NCBI GenBank assembly: GCA_028023455.1
Contig: JAQFVV010000004.1
Span: forward strand, 16,740,001-16,804,000
Direction of reading: 5' to 3'
From: Epiperipatus broadwayi
Taxonomy: Eukaryota > Animalia > Onychophora
DNA length: 64,000 bases
Part shown: piece by piece, positions 50,601 to 62,979 of the stretch
Position numbering within the stretch: the first letter of the stretch is position 1
Layout of the letters: the number at the start of each line of letters is the position of its first letter
The notes under the pieces: model-generated
The model's input: the letters and a program-made list of their open reading frames with translations, nothing else
Databases searched by the model: none
What the model was told of the DNA's origin: nothing
Position numbers and translations under genes: made by a program

Positions 50601-51204
50601 TGCATTTTTATGTATTAAATCAGAATTTGCAAATAATAATAAAATTATGATGATGTTATTAACAAATTCACAATAAAAAAAGTTAAAAAATTTTTTTTTA
50701 TATTAAATTATTTTGTTTTCTCAAATATTGATTCAAAATCACATTTATAATAATTAAGTATTTATTTATACATTATGAGTTTCAATTTGTGCAATTTTAA
50801 TATATCTACATTTGCATGTAAGATAATTCATTTTTTTAAACCTATCTGTTTTTTATCATGTGAAAAAGACCCATCCTATCCATGAAATTAATTTTAATTT
50901 TTTAATATTCAATTGTGTGTTTTGTTAAGCAAAATTATATAAAATTCATTTTGTTTTAATTAAGTAATTTTTTTACACTTTTATGTTTTTATTTAAATAA
51001 AACTCTCCAGATTTTGATAGCTACAATGTGATAAATAATCAGTTTTACTGGATAAATTTTAGCCAATGTTTTAATTATTTCTAAAATAACTTCAGAATTT
51101 CTCAAGCATAAATTATGTGTTTTATTAAAAAGTGAGTTTCTCAATCTCAAATATTTGTTCACAAATATAATTTTTTTTTTCCTATGATCATTATTTCAGC
51201 TTAA

Positions 51205-51300
51205 CTTAATTGGTGGCCTAGTGGTTAGCATAGCTGCCTTCCAAGCAATTGTTCTGGGTTCACGTCCTGGCTGACGCTTTGACACACACACACATATATA
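51205..51300 (+). mobile_element. tRNA-Gly(TCC)-derived SINE
   Basis: TGGTGGCCTAGTGGTTAGCATAGCTGCCTTCCAAGCA...GGGTTCAC, followed by a TTTGA(CA)n tail. Confidence 0.8.
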
Positions 51301-52299
51301 AACTTAGTTAAATTATATAGCTAAGTATCTAGAGATTTTAAGGATTTACTTTAAAGAAATTTTTCACATGTTGTTTATCTGAGAAATTCTTAGATACCAT
51401 TATACCATGCCTTAGACTTTCTTTTGTTTAATGATAGATTATAATAAGTAAAAAAAGCATTAAACAATTGGTTCCACTAGAATAGATAAAATACTTTTGT
51501 AGACACTTTTAACAATTTAATTTTCTGCTGTATATCTAAATAATAACAAATATTTTATCAAATAATCCTCACACACATAAGCAAGTTTATAAAATTGAAT
51601 TCATTTGAATAACAAATTAAAACTTATGTACATTTATCTATTATAAATTATAACATGTTTATGGCTTATTGAAACTAATAATAAAACCTGGAAGTCTGTA
51701 ATTGTCCTTAGGTTCACTTTGGGACTTACTGTGGCAAAATTCACTGGGAAATTCTTCTGCCCAAACTGCACTCTTCTATATATGTTTAATCTTCAGCACT
51801 GACACTTCAAATCCCCAATGCTTAATAAAAATGTGCTGTTTTCCATATTTTTGCTTTTTTGTTACACTCATTCTCTTCAACAGGAACTTATATAAAAATA
51901 GAAATCTTTAAATAATTTATTTCTTAAAATACATTTATATATATTGACGCAGTGTATATCTGCATGCATGTATGCTTGCTTCATGTTTTGCTCAAATTTT
52001 AAACTATTTTCCAGGGTATGTAATATATTTCTGCATATCCATACACATTAGTATATGCAAGCATGTGTGTACAATTTATATATTTTAAAAGTTAAAATTT
52101 ATTATCTGAATCACACACATTTTAAGTTAAGTTTAAAAAAAAAGGATTTTATTTAAAAAAAGAAGTGATCAATTAAGCAATGAATTTCATACAATGGGAG
52201 ATATGGCAGGTAATGAAAACAAGCCATTACTAAAGTATGTAAGTGCCTTATTTCCTTATCTAGAGAAGAGGAAAAGAGTTACAATCAAACACCTTTTAA

Positions 52300-52530
52300 C
52301 ATCTACATACATTTTAAGGTGTAAACTGCAGAGTTAAAACAAAGACAATGAAATCCATATGGCTGCATGAAAATGGAGGAAGCAAAATTTGGATGAAACT
52401 TCAATTAAGGAAATGGTAAAGTAAATCCATCAAGAAACTCATGAGGTACACCCTCAGGTGGAGAATAATAATATATAAGTGGGGAACAGCATTATTAAAG
52501 AACAGTGGCTTATATTTTGAGAGTTCAGAC
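52300..52530 (+). mobile_element. Old RTE LINE 3' end relic
   Basis: Frameshifted MEE...RNS.GTP-LRW motif resembles the RTE C-terminal KRxRGRPxxRW. Confidence 0.35.
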
Positions 52531-55500
52531 TTATATTTTGAAGAAATTAGTATTCTGACATATTTTGAAGATTATACATTCTACCTGTCAACTCTGTTTT
52601 ATTATATGAAAAATGAAACCGGTACCTGTCATCATGTGTGAGTAGTCAGCTATCTGTTTTTCTGCAGCCACCAGACAGAGCAGGCATCCCAGAAGAAGTT
52701 CCATCACATTGTCAAGATCTAGCTACCTCATGCCACCACCATGCAAGTCCCCAAAGCCAAGAAACATTTAACTAATCTGCAAAAAAGGAATTCCAAAAAT
52801 GTCCATCATCTAGCTAGTAATGTGTTTAACTAACTCTTTAAAGCAATATAACAGTAACTCAAATTATTAGCATACTTTTCATTTACACAGTCTTAACCTA
52901 TTACATTTTATATAATATTTTGTATTTCATAATTCTATTGGTTTTGATATTTAAGGAAGTAAATTTTAATTTTATTGAGGATTTCATTTTAGTCAGATTT
53001 ATTTGAATGATGGAGGGAGTTAAATTTAAATTAGTAAAGTTGTTTACACTTCTCTGCTCTCAATGTTCCCTTGGGATAATGCCAGTTGGGAAGACCCAAA
53101 GTTTAAAACTATAAAATATCAAAATAACAAAACTTGTTTTAAACAATTTCTTTCTATTACTATATCCACCACCCCCCATCATGTCAAATAGAAGTTATAG
53201 TTAAATTCCTCAGAATTATTTCAAATTAAAGAATGGCAAGCCCTTTTTAGTAATCTATTATATCTGTAAAATTTTATGAACCATTGTACCTATTAAGATT
53301 TAACTCAACACCTACATATAAAAGATCATTTTATATTTGAAATTATATGATTGAATATATATATATATATAAGTTGTGTCACATTCAATGTCCTACCTCA
53401 TGTAGTGTAATAATAATAATCCTATTTATTGTTAAAGTTTATTTTATGAAAGATAAGTAATATTAATAATTTTTCATTATTATAATCAAGGATTTATTGT
53501 CATGTGAAGGTAATATTTGTAAGTTATATAAATATGTGTACCGCATTGCTTATATACATTACATAATCTGTCTGCAAAGTAAAGTGCCATTGGTTTATGG
53601 GTAGTGCAATAAAGAACCGATTAAGCTATCAGTTATATTATGTGTGATTAATTCTCCCCATATATTAAATATTGTAACATTAAAATTATAAGTTAAGCTT
53701 TATTAATAAATGTGTTGTGAATGGGTTTTGAATTTCTATCCAAACTATATATCATTCACTAGAAATACTTATTATTTATTAAAATGAATTTTATAATGTT
53801 TATTATTGTTGGTGTAAGGTTTATAAAGTTATTACTTATTGTTCCTATAATTTGCATTCCTGCTCTCCATATTTTGTCATCATGGTTTATTATTATTATC
53901 AACTTTGTTACTCCACTTTTTCTGCATAGTTCACTCATCTCATATGGTAAAATTGCATAATGTCAGACCAGATGTCTTCCGATGCTTGGGTTTCTAATCC
54001 AAGTATTAGCACCAGTATAGGTTTGCATGGAGCTGAAGACTCTTCATGACCCTCAAATCCTAGATTTTAGCACTATGCATCCTTGGTTAGAAACAGATGC
54101 ACTTTTGCGACCAGGAACATCCATCATTTATTGTGAACCATGCCATCTGATTGCTAAGTCAATCTTTATTCTTATTTTTATTCATTATTACCATTGACAA
54201 CATTTTGATGAAGGTAGTACTACAATATTTTTAAATGATTTGTTTAACCTTCACCTATGCATGAGTAATCCTGGGTAACCTTAGAATCAAACCCATCCAC
54301 AATAGTCCCCTTTATATGATATAACAGTAAATTAGCATTTCAAACTCATAACAGCTGATAGCAACATATAAATATTATTATGAATTAATAGGGCACACAC
54401 TATAATATGTAAACCGTCATTCTCTTCATTCATATTATGCAAAAAGTGAGTGAAATCTTTTATTTAACAAATCTATAAGCTACCTATTTGCTATATCTTT
54501 TTCCTATAATAAACTTTTGTTATAACCATTAATTATGAGTATGTTATTGGTGAATTGGAACTATAGTATAATTATATAGATTTAAGTATATTGTTAAGTT
54601 ATTAAATTAGTGCATCCCCAGCTTTGTATCTGACTTACAGAGTTGACGTAAGATCATGCTTTGTGAAATTATTAAAGTATATATTAATTGAATCCATAAC
54701 TAAACCTCTACATAATAAGATAATTGAAGTATATTTATGAGTTCTATTATAAATAAGCTCCTGAGTCATTTATATATATATTATTTAGATAATAAAGGTA
54801 TTAATGCTCAAGGCCAGATTAGTTTATAAATATGTAAGTATGGATTTTCATGAATTTATATATATATATATATATATAGCAATGATACAGATGGTTGGGG
54901 TAACATGGGGGAATAAGAAATCATCATTATCTCCATAGAACATGAATATAAAACTTAATATAAGCATATAAACATCAACAAAAAATAAAACCTATAAGTA
55001 GTTATACTAATCATAAGTTATAAACTACAAATTACCCAGTCTTACATATAAACAACTCATCAATCAAAAGTCAACCTTGTGACTGGATTTAAAAGAGGTA
55101 CATTATAAAACATTACTTATCTAGCTACTGCCAAACTTAGGGCAATGATAATGATGTACCATACTTGAGTTAATGTCACTCAATAAATTTTAAATAATGC
55201 CTGGACATTGATACATGCTAATCATAATCAATGCTGTGACCATATAATAGTCTTAGCGTATTGGCAACTGTAAACTTAATTTCTAATAAAAATAAATGTA
55301 TTGAATGAACTTTAAAAGTGATATTTTTATGCCATCCAGAGATGTCTTCTGGATGTTCAAACATAAACTACATTGGTATAACTAACCATTATCCTCTCTA
55401 GAGCTAGCTCAATATTATAAAACTCTAGAAACAGAAACTGTGAATGTAAGAAACAAAAATATAACAACTTACTCTATTTTATTTTAAAATAATTTTATTC

Positions 55501-56234
55501 AGATGATAAAATCAAATCATAAAACACTAAGCTGTACTAAAATCAAGTTACACACTGTCAATTCATAGAACAGATAACTGGTAAAATAAAGACATTAACA
55601 CTAGAATATTTCTAACAATTATTTAACCCTTTGACCCCCAGTACGACTTTTGTATAACTTTTCTAGAAATTTCTATTTTGAGCTGAGTTTACGCGTAAAC
55701 GGTAAACGTCACACATACGCGCTATACGTCATTCTTTGCGCAATTTCAATATCTACCTGAAACTCTAAGAATTTTTTCTGTACGACAATTTTTAGATTTT
55801 TTATGAATATTTTTAGCAAAGTGTACCTAAAATTTTTTTTTTTTTTTTGATTTTTCTCATTTTATTTATCGTAAAAAAGTTATTCCACAATTATTGGATC
55901 AATTACTGAAGATTTTATTGTGATTTTCCGTTGAAGTTGTCCATGATTCTGGGCTCTCTTCTCAAATTACGTTTTTGGATAACGTTCAAGGGTATGTAAT
56001 TACTTTTATATATATATATATTTTTATAAATTATAATATTTTATATTTACTAAAACAAATAAATATTTTATATAATAATAAATTATATCTGAAATACACA
56101 GGCTTATATATACATGTGTCTATATATGTAATAGACAGGGTATGAGCACAGACTTTCACATGACCCACCACTCTCCACACTATCTCATAACACTGATACA
56201 CTTGAACACACATATGTTGAAAAGATAAATAATC

Positions 56235-56278
56235 ACCAATATACGTATTTCATGCTAAACCAGCAATCATCAGTTGGT
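56235..56278 (-). ncRNA. Minimal type I hammerhead ribozyme (family B)
   Basis: ACCAA-CTGATGA-T-TGCT-GGTTT-AGCA-T-GAAAT-ACGT-ATA^TTGGT. Confidence 0.85.
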
Positions 56279-56921
56279 CCAGATTACCATCTCTACACAT
56301 ATATGCTACAAGTGCTCAGATATATATTTAGATAGCAAATCCTCCTACTTTAATGGACAGGCTTCAATCCTCTCCACACTGCAACTCTTCAACCGTCCAT
56401 CCAATTGAAAATCTGATGATGGAACACTCAAAGGCCACCCTGAGGCCGAGATTATTGTCACACCCATGTTGACCTAAGGTCAATCTGACCCCACATGTAC
56501 AGGACATAATCCATTAAATACATATGCAAGGGATAGGCAGACATCTCTAATATGTAATAGCTGAAATACACAGGCTTATATATACCTGTGTCTATATATG
56601 TAATAGACAGGGTATGAGCACAGACTTTCACATGACCCACTACTCTCCACACTATCTCATAACACTGATACACTTGAACACACATATGTTGAAAAGATAA
56701 ATAATCACCAATATACGTATTTCATGGTCAATATGGGTGTGACAATAATCTCGGCCTCAGGGTGGCCTTTGAGTGTTCCATCATCAGATTTTCAATTGGA
56801 TGGACGGTTGAAGAGTTGCAGTGTGGAGTGGATTGAAGCCTGTCCATTAAAGTAGGAGGATTTGCTATCTTAATATATATCTGAGCACTTGTAGCATATA
56901 TGTGTAGAGATGGTAATCTGG

Positions 56922-56965
56922 ACCAACTGATGATTGCTGGTTTAGCATGAAATACGTATATTGGT
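56922..56965 (+). ncRNA. Minimal type I hammerhead ribozyme (family B)
   Basis: Same sequence as above. Stem I is ACCAA/TTGGT, stem II is TGCT/AGCA, and stem III contains the palindrome ATACGTAT. Confidence 0.87.
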
Positions 56966-57393
56966 GATTATTTATCTTTTCAACATATGTGTGTTCAAGT
57001 GTATCAGTGTTATGAGATAGTGTGGAGAGTGGTGGGTCATGTGAAAGTCTGTGCTCATACCCTGTCTATTACATATATAGACACAGGTATATATAAGCCT
57101 GTGTATTTCAGCTATTACATATTAGAGATGTCTGCCTATCTCTTGCATATGTATTTAATGGATTATGTCCTGTACATGTGGGGTCAGATTGACCTTAGGT
57201 CAACATGGGTGTGACAATAATCTCGGCCTCAGGGTGGCCTTTGAGTGTTCCATCATCAGATTTTCAATTGGATGGACGGTTGAAGAGTTGCAGTGTGGAG
57301 TGGATTGAAGCCTGTCCATTAAAGTAGGAGGATTTGCTATCTTAATATATATCTGAGCACTTGTAGCATATATGTGTAGAGATGGTAATCTGG

Positions 57394-57437
57394 ACCAACT
57401 GATGATTGCTGGTTTAGCATGAAATACGTATATTGGT
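57394..57437 (+). ncRNA. Minimal type I hammerhead ribozyme (family B)
   Basis: Identical copy 472 bp downstream of 56922. Confidence 0.87.
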
Positions 57438-57517
57438 GATTATTTATCTTTTCAACATATGTGTGTTCAAGTGTATCAGTGTTATGAGATAGTGTGGAGA
57501 GTGGTGGGTCATGTGAA

Positions 57518-57890
57518 AATAATAAATTATAATATTTTCGATGTACTGAAACAAATAAACGTTTTTTGATAACATTCGTGAGTATGTAATTACTTTTTTA
57601 TATATATATATTTTTTATAAATTATAATATTTTCTATTTACTGAAACAAATAAATATGTTCTATAATAATAAATTATAATATTTTCGATGTACTGAAACA
57701 AATAAACGTTTTTTGATAACATTCGCCAGTATGTAATTACTTTTATATATATATTTTTATAAATTATAATATTTTCTATTTACTGAAACAAATAAATATG
57801 TTATATAATAATAAATTATAATATTTTCGATGTACTGAAATAAATAAATATGCTATAGAATAATAAATTATAATATTTTCAAATAAATAT
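57518..57890. repeat. AT-rich tandem repeat (about 145-bp unit) inside the piggyBac
   Basis: AATAATAAATTATAATATTTTCGATGTACTGAAAC recurs near 57518, 57665 and 57808. A related unit lies at 55975-56087. Confidence 0.8.
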
Positions 57891-59229
57891 GCTGTAGAAT
57901 GGAAAAAAGTTGGGGACTGGGGTATCTGTCACTGCATGAGCTAATGCATTTTTTGGCATGATTATAAATATGAATAGTGTATCATGCATGACCAAGTTTG
58001 AATTTATGGACGAATTATTGCATGAGTGCTAAAGTTATGACCCTCAATTGATTTGTGTCAATTTTAGGCAAGTAATATAGGATATTGTATAAATTTTCTG
58101 GCTTCTTCAATCTATCCAGTTATTGTTACAGTGCCATGTATTTGAACTCAGCCTTTCTTCATATTTTTTATGCAAAATAATAAATATATTTATATACAAG
58201 TTCATGCTACACAACTGGAATTTCATGTAATATAGGATATTTTATACACGGTTTCTGACTTCATCAATCCATCCACTCTGTGTTATAGTGCCATGTATTT
58301 GAACTTAGCCTTTCTTCCACACATGTAATCATTGTTAATAATAATAAAAAATTATCTTTATTGATTTATTTTTATTCATTTTATTTTTATGAGTTTATTT
58401 ATTTATTTTTGAATTACACTGTTCTATTACTTTTTTCTCCACTAAAAACCATTCATATTTTTACAGATAATTTACAAAACTGAACATATCTGGCTGTGGA
58501 ATGAAAATGGATCACAGCAAGTCGGCTGTTTTAGTAATTTTCTCAGGGAAAAATTACCTCAGGTAAGACTTCCAATACATCATTTTTTTTTGTAAATTTG
58601 TGAGGAATGTGAAGAAGCTGTTTATGAAAGTGTCATTTTATCATTTGAATTTCAAAATTTAGGATTTGTGAATCAGTGTAAAAACAAACATTCTTAAATC
58701 TGTTATAAATATTATTTTTTTTAACTTTTTCTTTATGAAATGATTATTTTAACAGCTTCATTATATTCTTTCATATATGTACTTGCTTTTACACATTATT
58801 TTTATATATTTATTACATTCAAACACAAAATATCTAAGTTATTAGAGTTAGGGTAAATTTTTCTAAAAATTAAAGATGGCCGCCTGGTTTTCAAAGGGTT
58901 AATGAATTAACTAATTAATAATTCAGAAAATTAAAAAAATGGCAAGATAATATGATAATTCAAACATATTGTAATGAGCACAGACGTTCGTTACATTGTT
59001 TTTTTTTATTTATTAAACATGAAAGTAAATTAAAAAGTTTGTATTTAAAAATTTTCTTTAAGAATTAAAAATTGAAATTAAATATCATCTTAAACTCGTA
59101 TATGTTAAATCGCACAGATAATGAAAAATTATTAAAATAAAACTTTATTAAAGAAAAAGTATTTTAAAACTAAATTTTAAAAAGATTTGGAGATAAAATT
59201 ATATCTTTAAATTTATCTTTAAATATATC

Positions 59230-59430
59230 TTTGATTTGGAAAACAGGTTAATTAATCAGAAATGGAAATGATTGTTAATTAGTTAAATGTAAACCAGCCT
59301 TGGGCATTTAAATGTAAAAACATCGGTCAGATAGGAAAACAATAGAAACTGTTAGCAAATAAGAAGAAATCCCTATGGGAAATCGGACCTCAGCGAAAAG
59401 GACCATCGCATCGGTGATGTGATGTAAATT
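59230..59430 (+). mobile_element. Possible LINE 3' end related to the element at 690-1249
   Basis: Reads KSLWE followed by GGACCATCGCATCGG(TGATG)n, resembling the FLWE*/ACCATAGCGCATCGC tail. Confidence 0.3.
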
Positions 59431-62400
59431 CAATCCTTCACATTAATATAAAAAGGACAAGTTTGGAAATTATTAGTTAGTTAATGATTATTATGATGTG
59501 ACTATATGTATTAGTACGGAGTTGGAGGTGAAGGGATTGAAAGAGGCACTTTCAATTCCTTCAGATGTTAAAGAAAAGGGAGTGAAACATCGTTTTCTAC
59601 ATTGAGGACCAACTAAATTAAAAAACCTCCGAATGAATAAATAAAACAACGGCTAAATGTATACCAATATCTTCAGGACGGCGTGGGAATTCCCGTTCAA
59701 ACTTACTAACGACAGATAAAGATGAACTGTTTAAAACCGTAAGAACTTTACAATTAATGAACATTAAATTAAAAACTTTTCGTATTTAAAATAATTGCAT
59801 TAGTTTCCTATCTGACTAAAGTAGTTAAAATGTTATTTGATGTATTTTTTATTTATTTGTTTAAAATCATTTCCATTTATTTAATTTTGTTCTTTAAGTT
59901 TATTTATGATTTCTGTTTTCCGATAAATTAAAATATATCAATGTTAAACTTAAGTCGGGTGTGAATGGTTGTATAGATTTGTAAAGTTATATTAGGGGAG
60001 GGTAATCTTAGGTTATTTATGTCGTTAAATTGGGTCAATGGATTGGATATATTGATGTAGTTAGTAGATGTAGTCGGAGATTCGCTACTGGCAGAATCGT
60101 TTATATATACGCCGCACTCACCCATTTGCCTATGGAAGGAATTATAAGACGGAGAACGCAGTTCCTTTCTATGGAGTTTTTTTTTTATTGTTCTTCTCGT
60201 TAGATAGATGTAATATTCCTATCTGATGAGAGTCAATGTCCTTTCTTAATCTTTTTGGTGCTGCCGTATTCCGTATTACATTGAATACATCGATGTATCA
60301 GATGGATTGATGCCAGTTTGACTACGAATTTTAGCCTAAGGTTAAATAGGGATAGAATGTTTATTTTTAAATGCAAATCTATGTAGTCTATTCATACTCG
60401 ACACTAAATAAAAATGCATTAAATTTAAGTTGTTTATAGATGCTTGCATGGATTGTTTATTGGTTAACTATGTTTTGCGTTTTCATATTTGATCAAAATA
60501 TATAGACATTCGATAAATAATGATAACTTACGGTGAGTATCTAAAATGTATTTATTTGGATGTCTTTTAAGTTATTGGTGACAAGGCAAGTATCTTATGG
60601 TGAATACTATTGGGTTACGTATAAATTTCCCTCCGCAATTGTCAGTAATTAATAATTTTGTATTTTGATCGTTTATGTTTATTTTGAAATGTTTTTGACT
60701 GTGAAATCTATGTAACCGATCTGTAGTCAACATTATAAACAAGCTTTCATAAATTTATCTGTGCGAACTTAATTAAAATGTAAAATTAGAATATAATAGT
60801 AATTAAAGGTAAATTAAAGTCAAAAATCAAAGTTAAAAATGTAGGTTAAATTTTGAAATGTAAAACTAATACTAAAATAATTTTAAATCTTATATATATG
60901 TGAAATAAATAAATGTTTGTGTGTTAATTACTGGCAGTGGCTTATTTTATTCCTCTTATATATATATTCTTATATTATATTTTTAAATCTCTGCTATTCC
61001 ACTGAGCTAGTGACATGGGCTAACGACCGGATGCAAAAAAGAAAAAAAAAATTATTTTTTTTGACTTACGTATCTGCCTACTTTATAAATTTTTCTAGGT
61101 TCAAATGGCTAGATGGCGCCCTGTAGTGCAGATTACGTTAAGTTGTATTCTCCAGATCGTTACAATATATTTTTATCAAAAATATAATTTTATATAGCAA
61201 ATGATGTTAACTTATTAATTCTAACTTATAAAATCAACCCACATTGATTTTAAATTGAATTGTTCCCTTTCAGTAGCTGAAATTGGAAAATGACTTTTCA
61301 ATAAACATTTTAAATTAGCTAAAGACTCTTTTATGATTTTGGAGGTGAAATCAAATGAATAAAAAAAACATGTTTTAAAAGAAAATATTACATTAATAAA
61401 AACTATTCATTATGACTAAATATTATTTATATCAAAGAAAAAAAATTAAATTAGTTAACCCTTCTTTTAATTTTGGAGGGAAAATATAAAGAAAAAAACA
61501 AGATTCTATGAAACAAATAACATTATTAATCATTACCAATTATTATTTAATCTTAAAGCTTCTTTATAAATTTAAGTGTAATGTACACATTAAAGTATCT
61601 TTTTATCATGGATTTATTTTTCTTTTGAGACCTTCTTGGGCAGTTATAATTTAGTTTTTCCATAAAGGTTTCTCCATTCCAGGCTTAAAGCAATTCTCCA
61701 TTAACACATTTCTAGGATAATGATCACTGTTAATTTATCAAGTCTACTAGACAATATTTTTAGGTTCACACAGAATGAATCTATTCAATTTCTTTTATAT
61801 ATTTATATCTAAGTCAGGCTAACATAATGAATTTATCAATTTTTTAAAATAATTTTCCAGGTTTTGCTAAACATGTACATGTAGAGACCCTCGTGCTCTT
61901 GGTTGGAAACAATGCTTGTTGAAGATTGCATCACAGTTATTTTTTTTCTCCTTTAGTAACTTCATTTTAGAAAACATTTTTTCACATCAAAACTTCTGCT
62001 TCTTTCTTCTTCAGCAACTGAGACAGAAAGGATTGCTTTTCTCAATAGATTGATTAAGACTGACCTCTTCTTACAAAACATGGAGGCCTACTGATTTACC
62101 AACACTCCTCTTTTTGGAACAATCCTGTCCAACCTATCACAATTGTGTCTCCAATATGACCAAATTAAACACTGATCAATTAAGTCTATTTTTACCAAAA
62201 AATATTCATTTATTTCCCTCCTTTTTTTATTGCAAAACAAGTAAAATAATTCCCATGTACTTGTTTTTCTTTTATGCCAAAATAGAAACAAGACAATCAG
62301 TTAATTACATTGCCCTGATTAACACTACTTATTGCAGTGAAGAGAGATAAAGAGAAAAGAAGGAATAAAACAACTCTAATCAATTAAAACAAAAATGTTA

Positions 62401-62979
62401 GTCTTATTTTTTTTCTTTTCTTTTAAAGCTTTATTTATTTATCTATTTCAAAAGTTAAAATTAAAAATTGTTAAATAATTTACTAAAAAAAATTTATGAA
62501 TAGTTAGTGAAAAGAAAAGAAAATGTTTCACTCAGTATTTTTTTAACATTAAAATCAAAATTGATAGGTAAATTAATGAAGAGAGTGGATAAAAATTGTT
62601 TATTTCATACTTTTTTTTTCTTTTACAATCATTTATCACATGATCACATCTCTATACTGTATGGAGAGTTTTGCCTTTGTTTTCAATCATTTATCACAAA
62701 TTAAAATATTCACATTATTATTTTAATCAACAATGTTGAGAAATTTTATATTATCATTAGAAAAAAAACATGGGAAAATAAAATCTATCATTTCCCCCTT
62801 AATTAATATATTCTAAATTTTAGAAACTTGTAATGTTGGCATGATAGTGTTGGCCACTGTTCACAATATTATATATATTGTATTGCTAGCAAATATATGT
62901 GTAAATTTATATATAAATGCAAGCTATATATAAGTCATGTGACATCTGACTTTTTATTATTACTATGTTAAAAACACAT

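Larger units (their letters stand above)
56088..57517. mobile_element. Hammerhead repeat family B: 472-bp unit, about 1.4 units on the minus strand and 1.7 on the plus strand, joined head-to-head at 56726
   Basis: Exact period of 472 (56922 vs 57394; 56235 vs 56707), and copies are nearly identical. It is flanked by AATAATAAATTATA at 56074-56087 and 57518-57531. Confidence 0.92.
55627..58898 (+). mobile_element. Non-autonomous piggyBac element with a transposase remnant
   Basis: TTAA|CCCTTTGA at 55623-55634 and TCAAAGGG|TTAA at 58891-58902, with 12/15 TIR match. A PGBD-like remnant VTA-ELM-AFFGMIINM...LWT...IFWLLQ lies at about 57925-58110. Confidence 0.85.

Noticed and set aside
52319-52416. 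Exon-like open segment (SIWLHENGGSK)
   Set aside because: It is better explained as part of a decayed RTE 3' end.
56414-56460. CTGATGA...GGCC-ACCCTGA-GGCC-GAGA on the strand opposite the family B HHR, suggesting a second antisense hammerhead
   Set aside because: There are about 13 unpaired nucleotides after the core, GAGA replaces GAAA, and no stem I or III forms.
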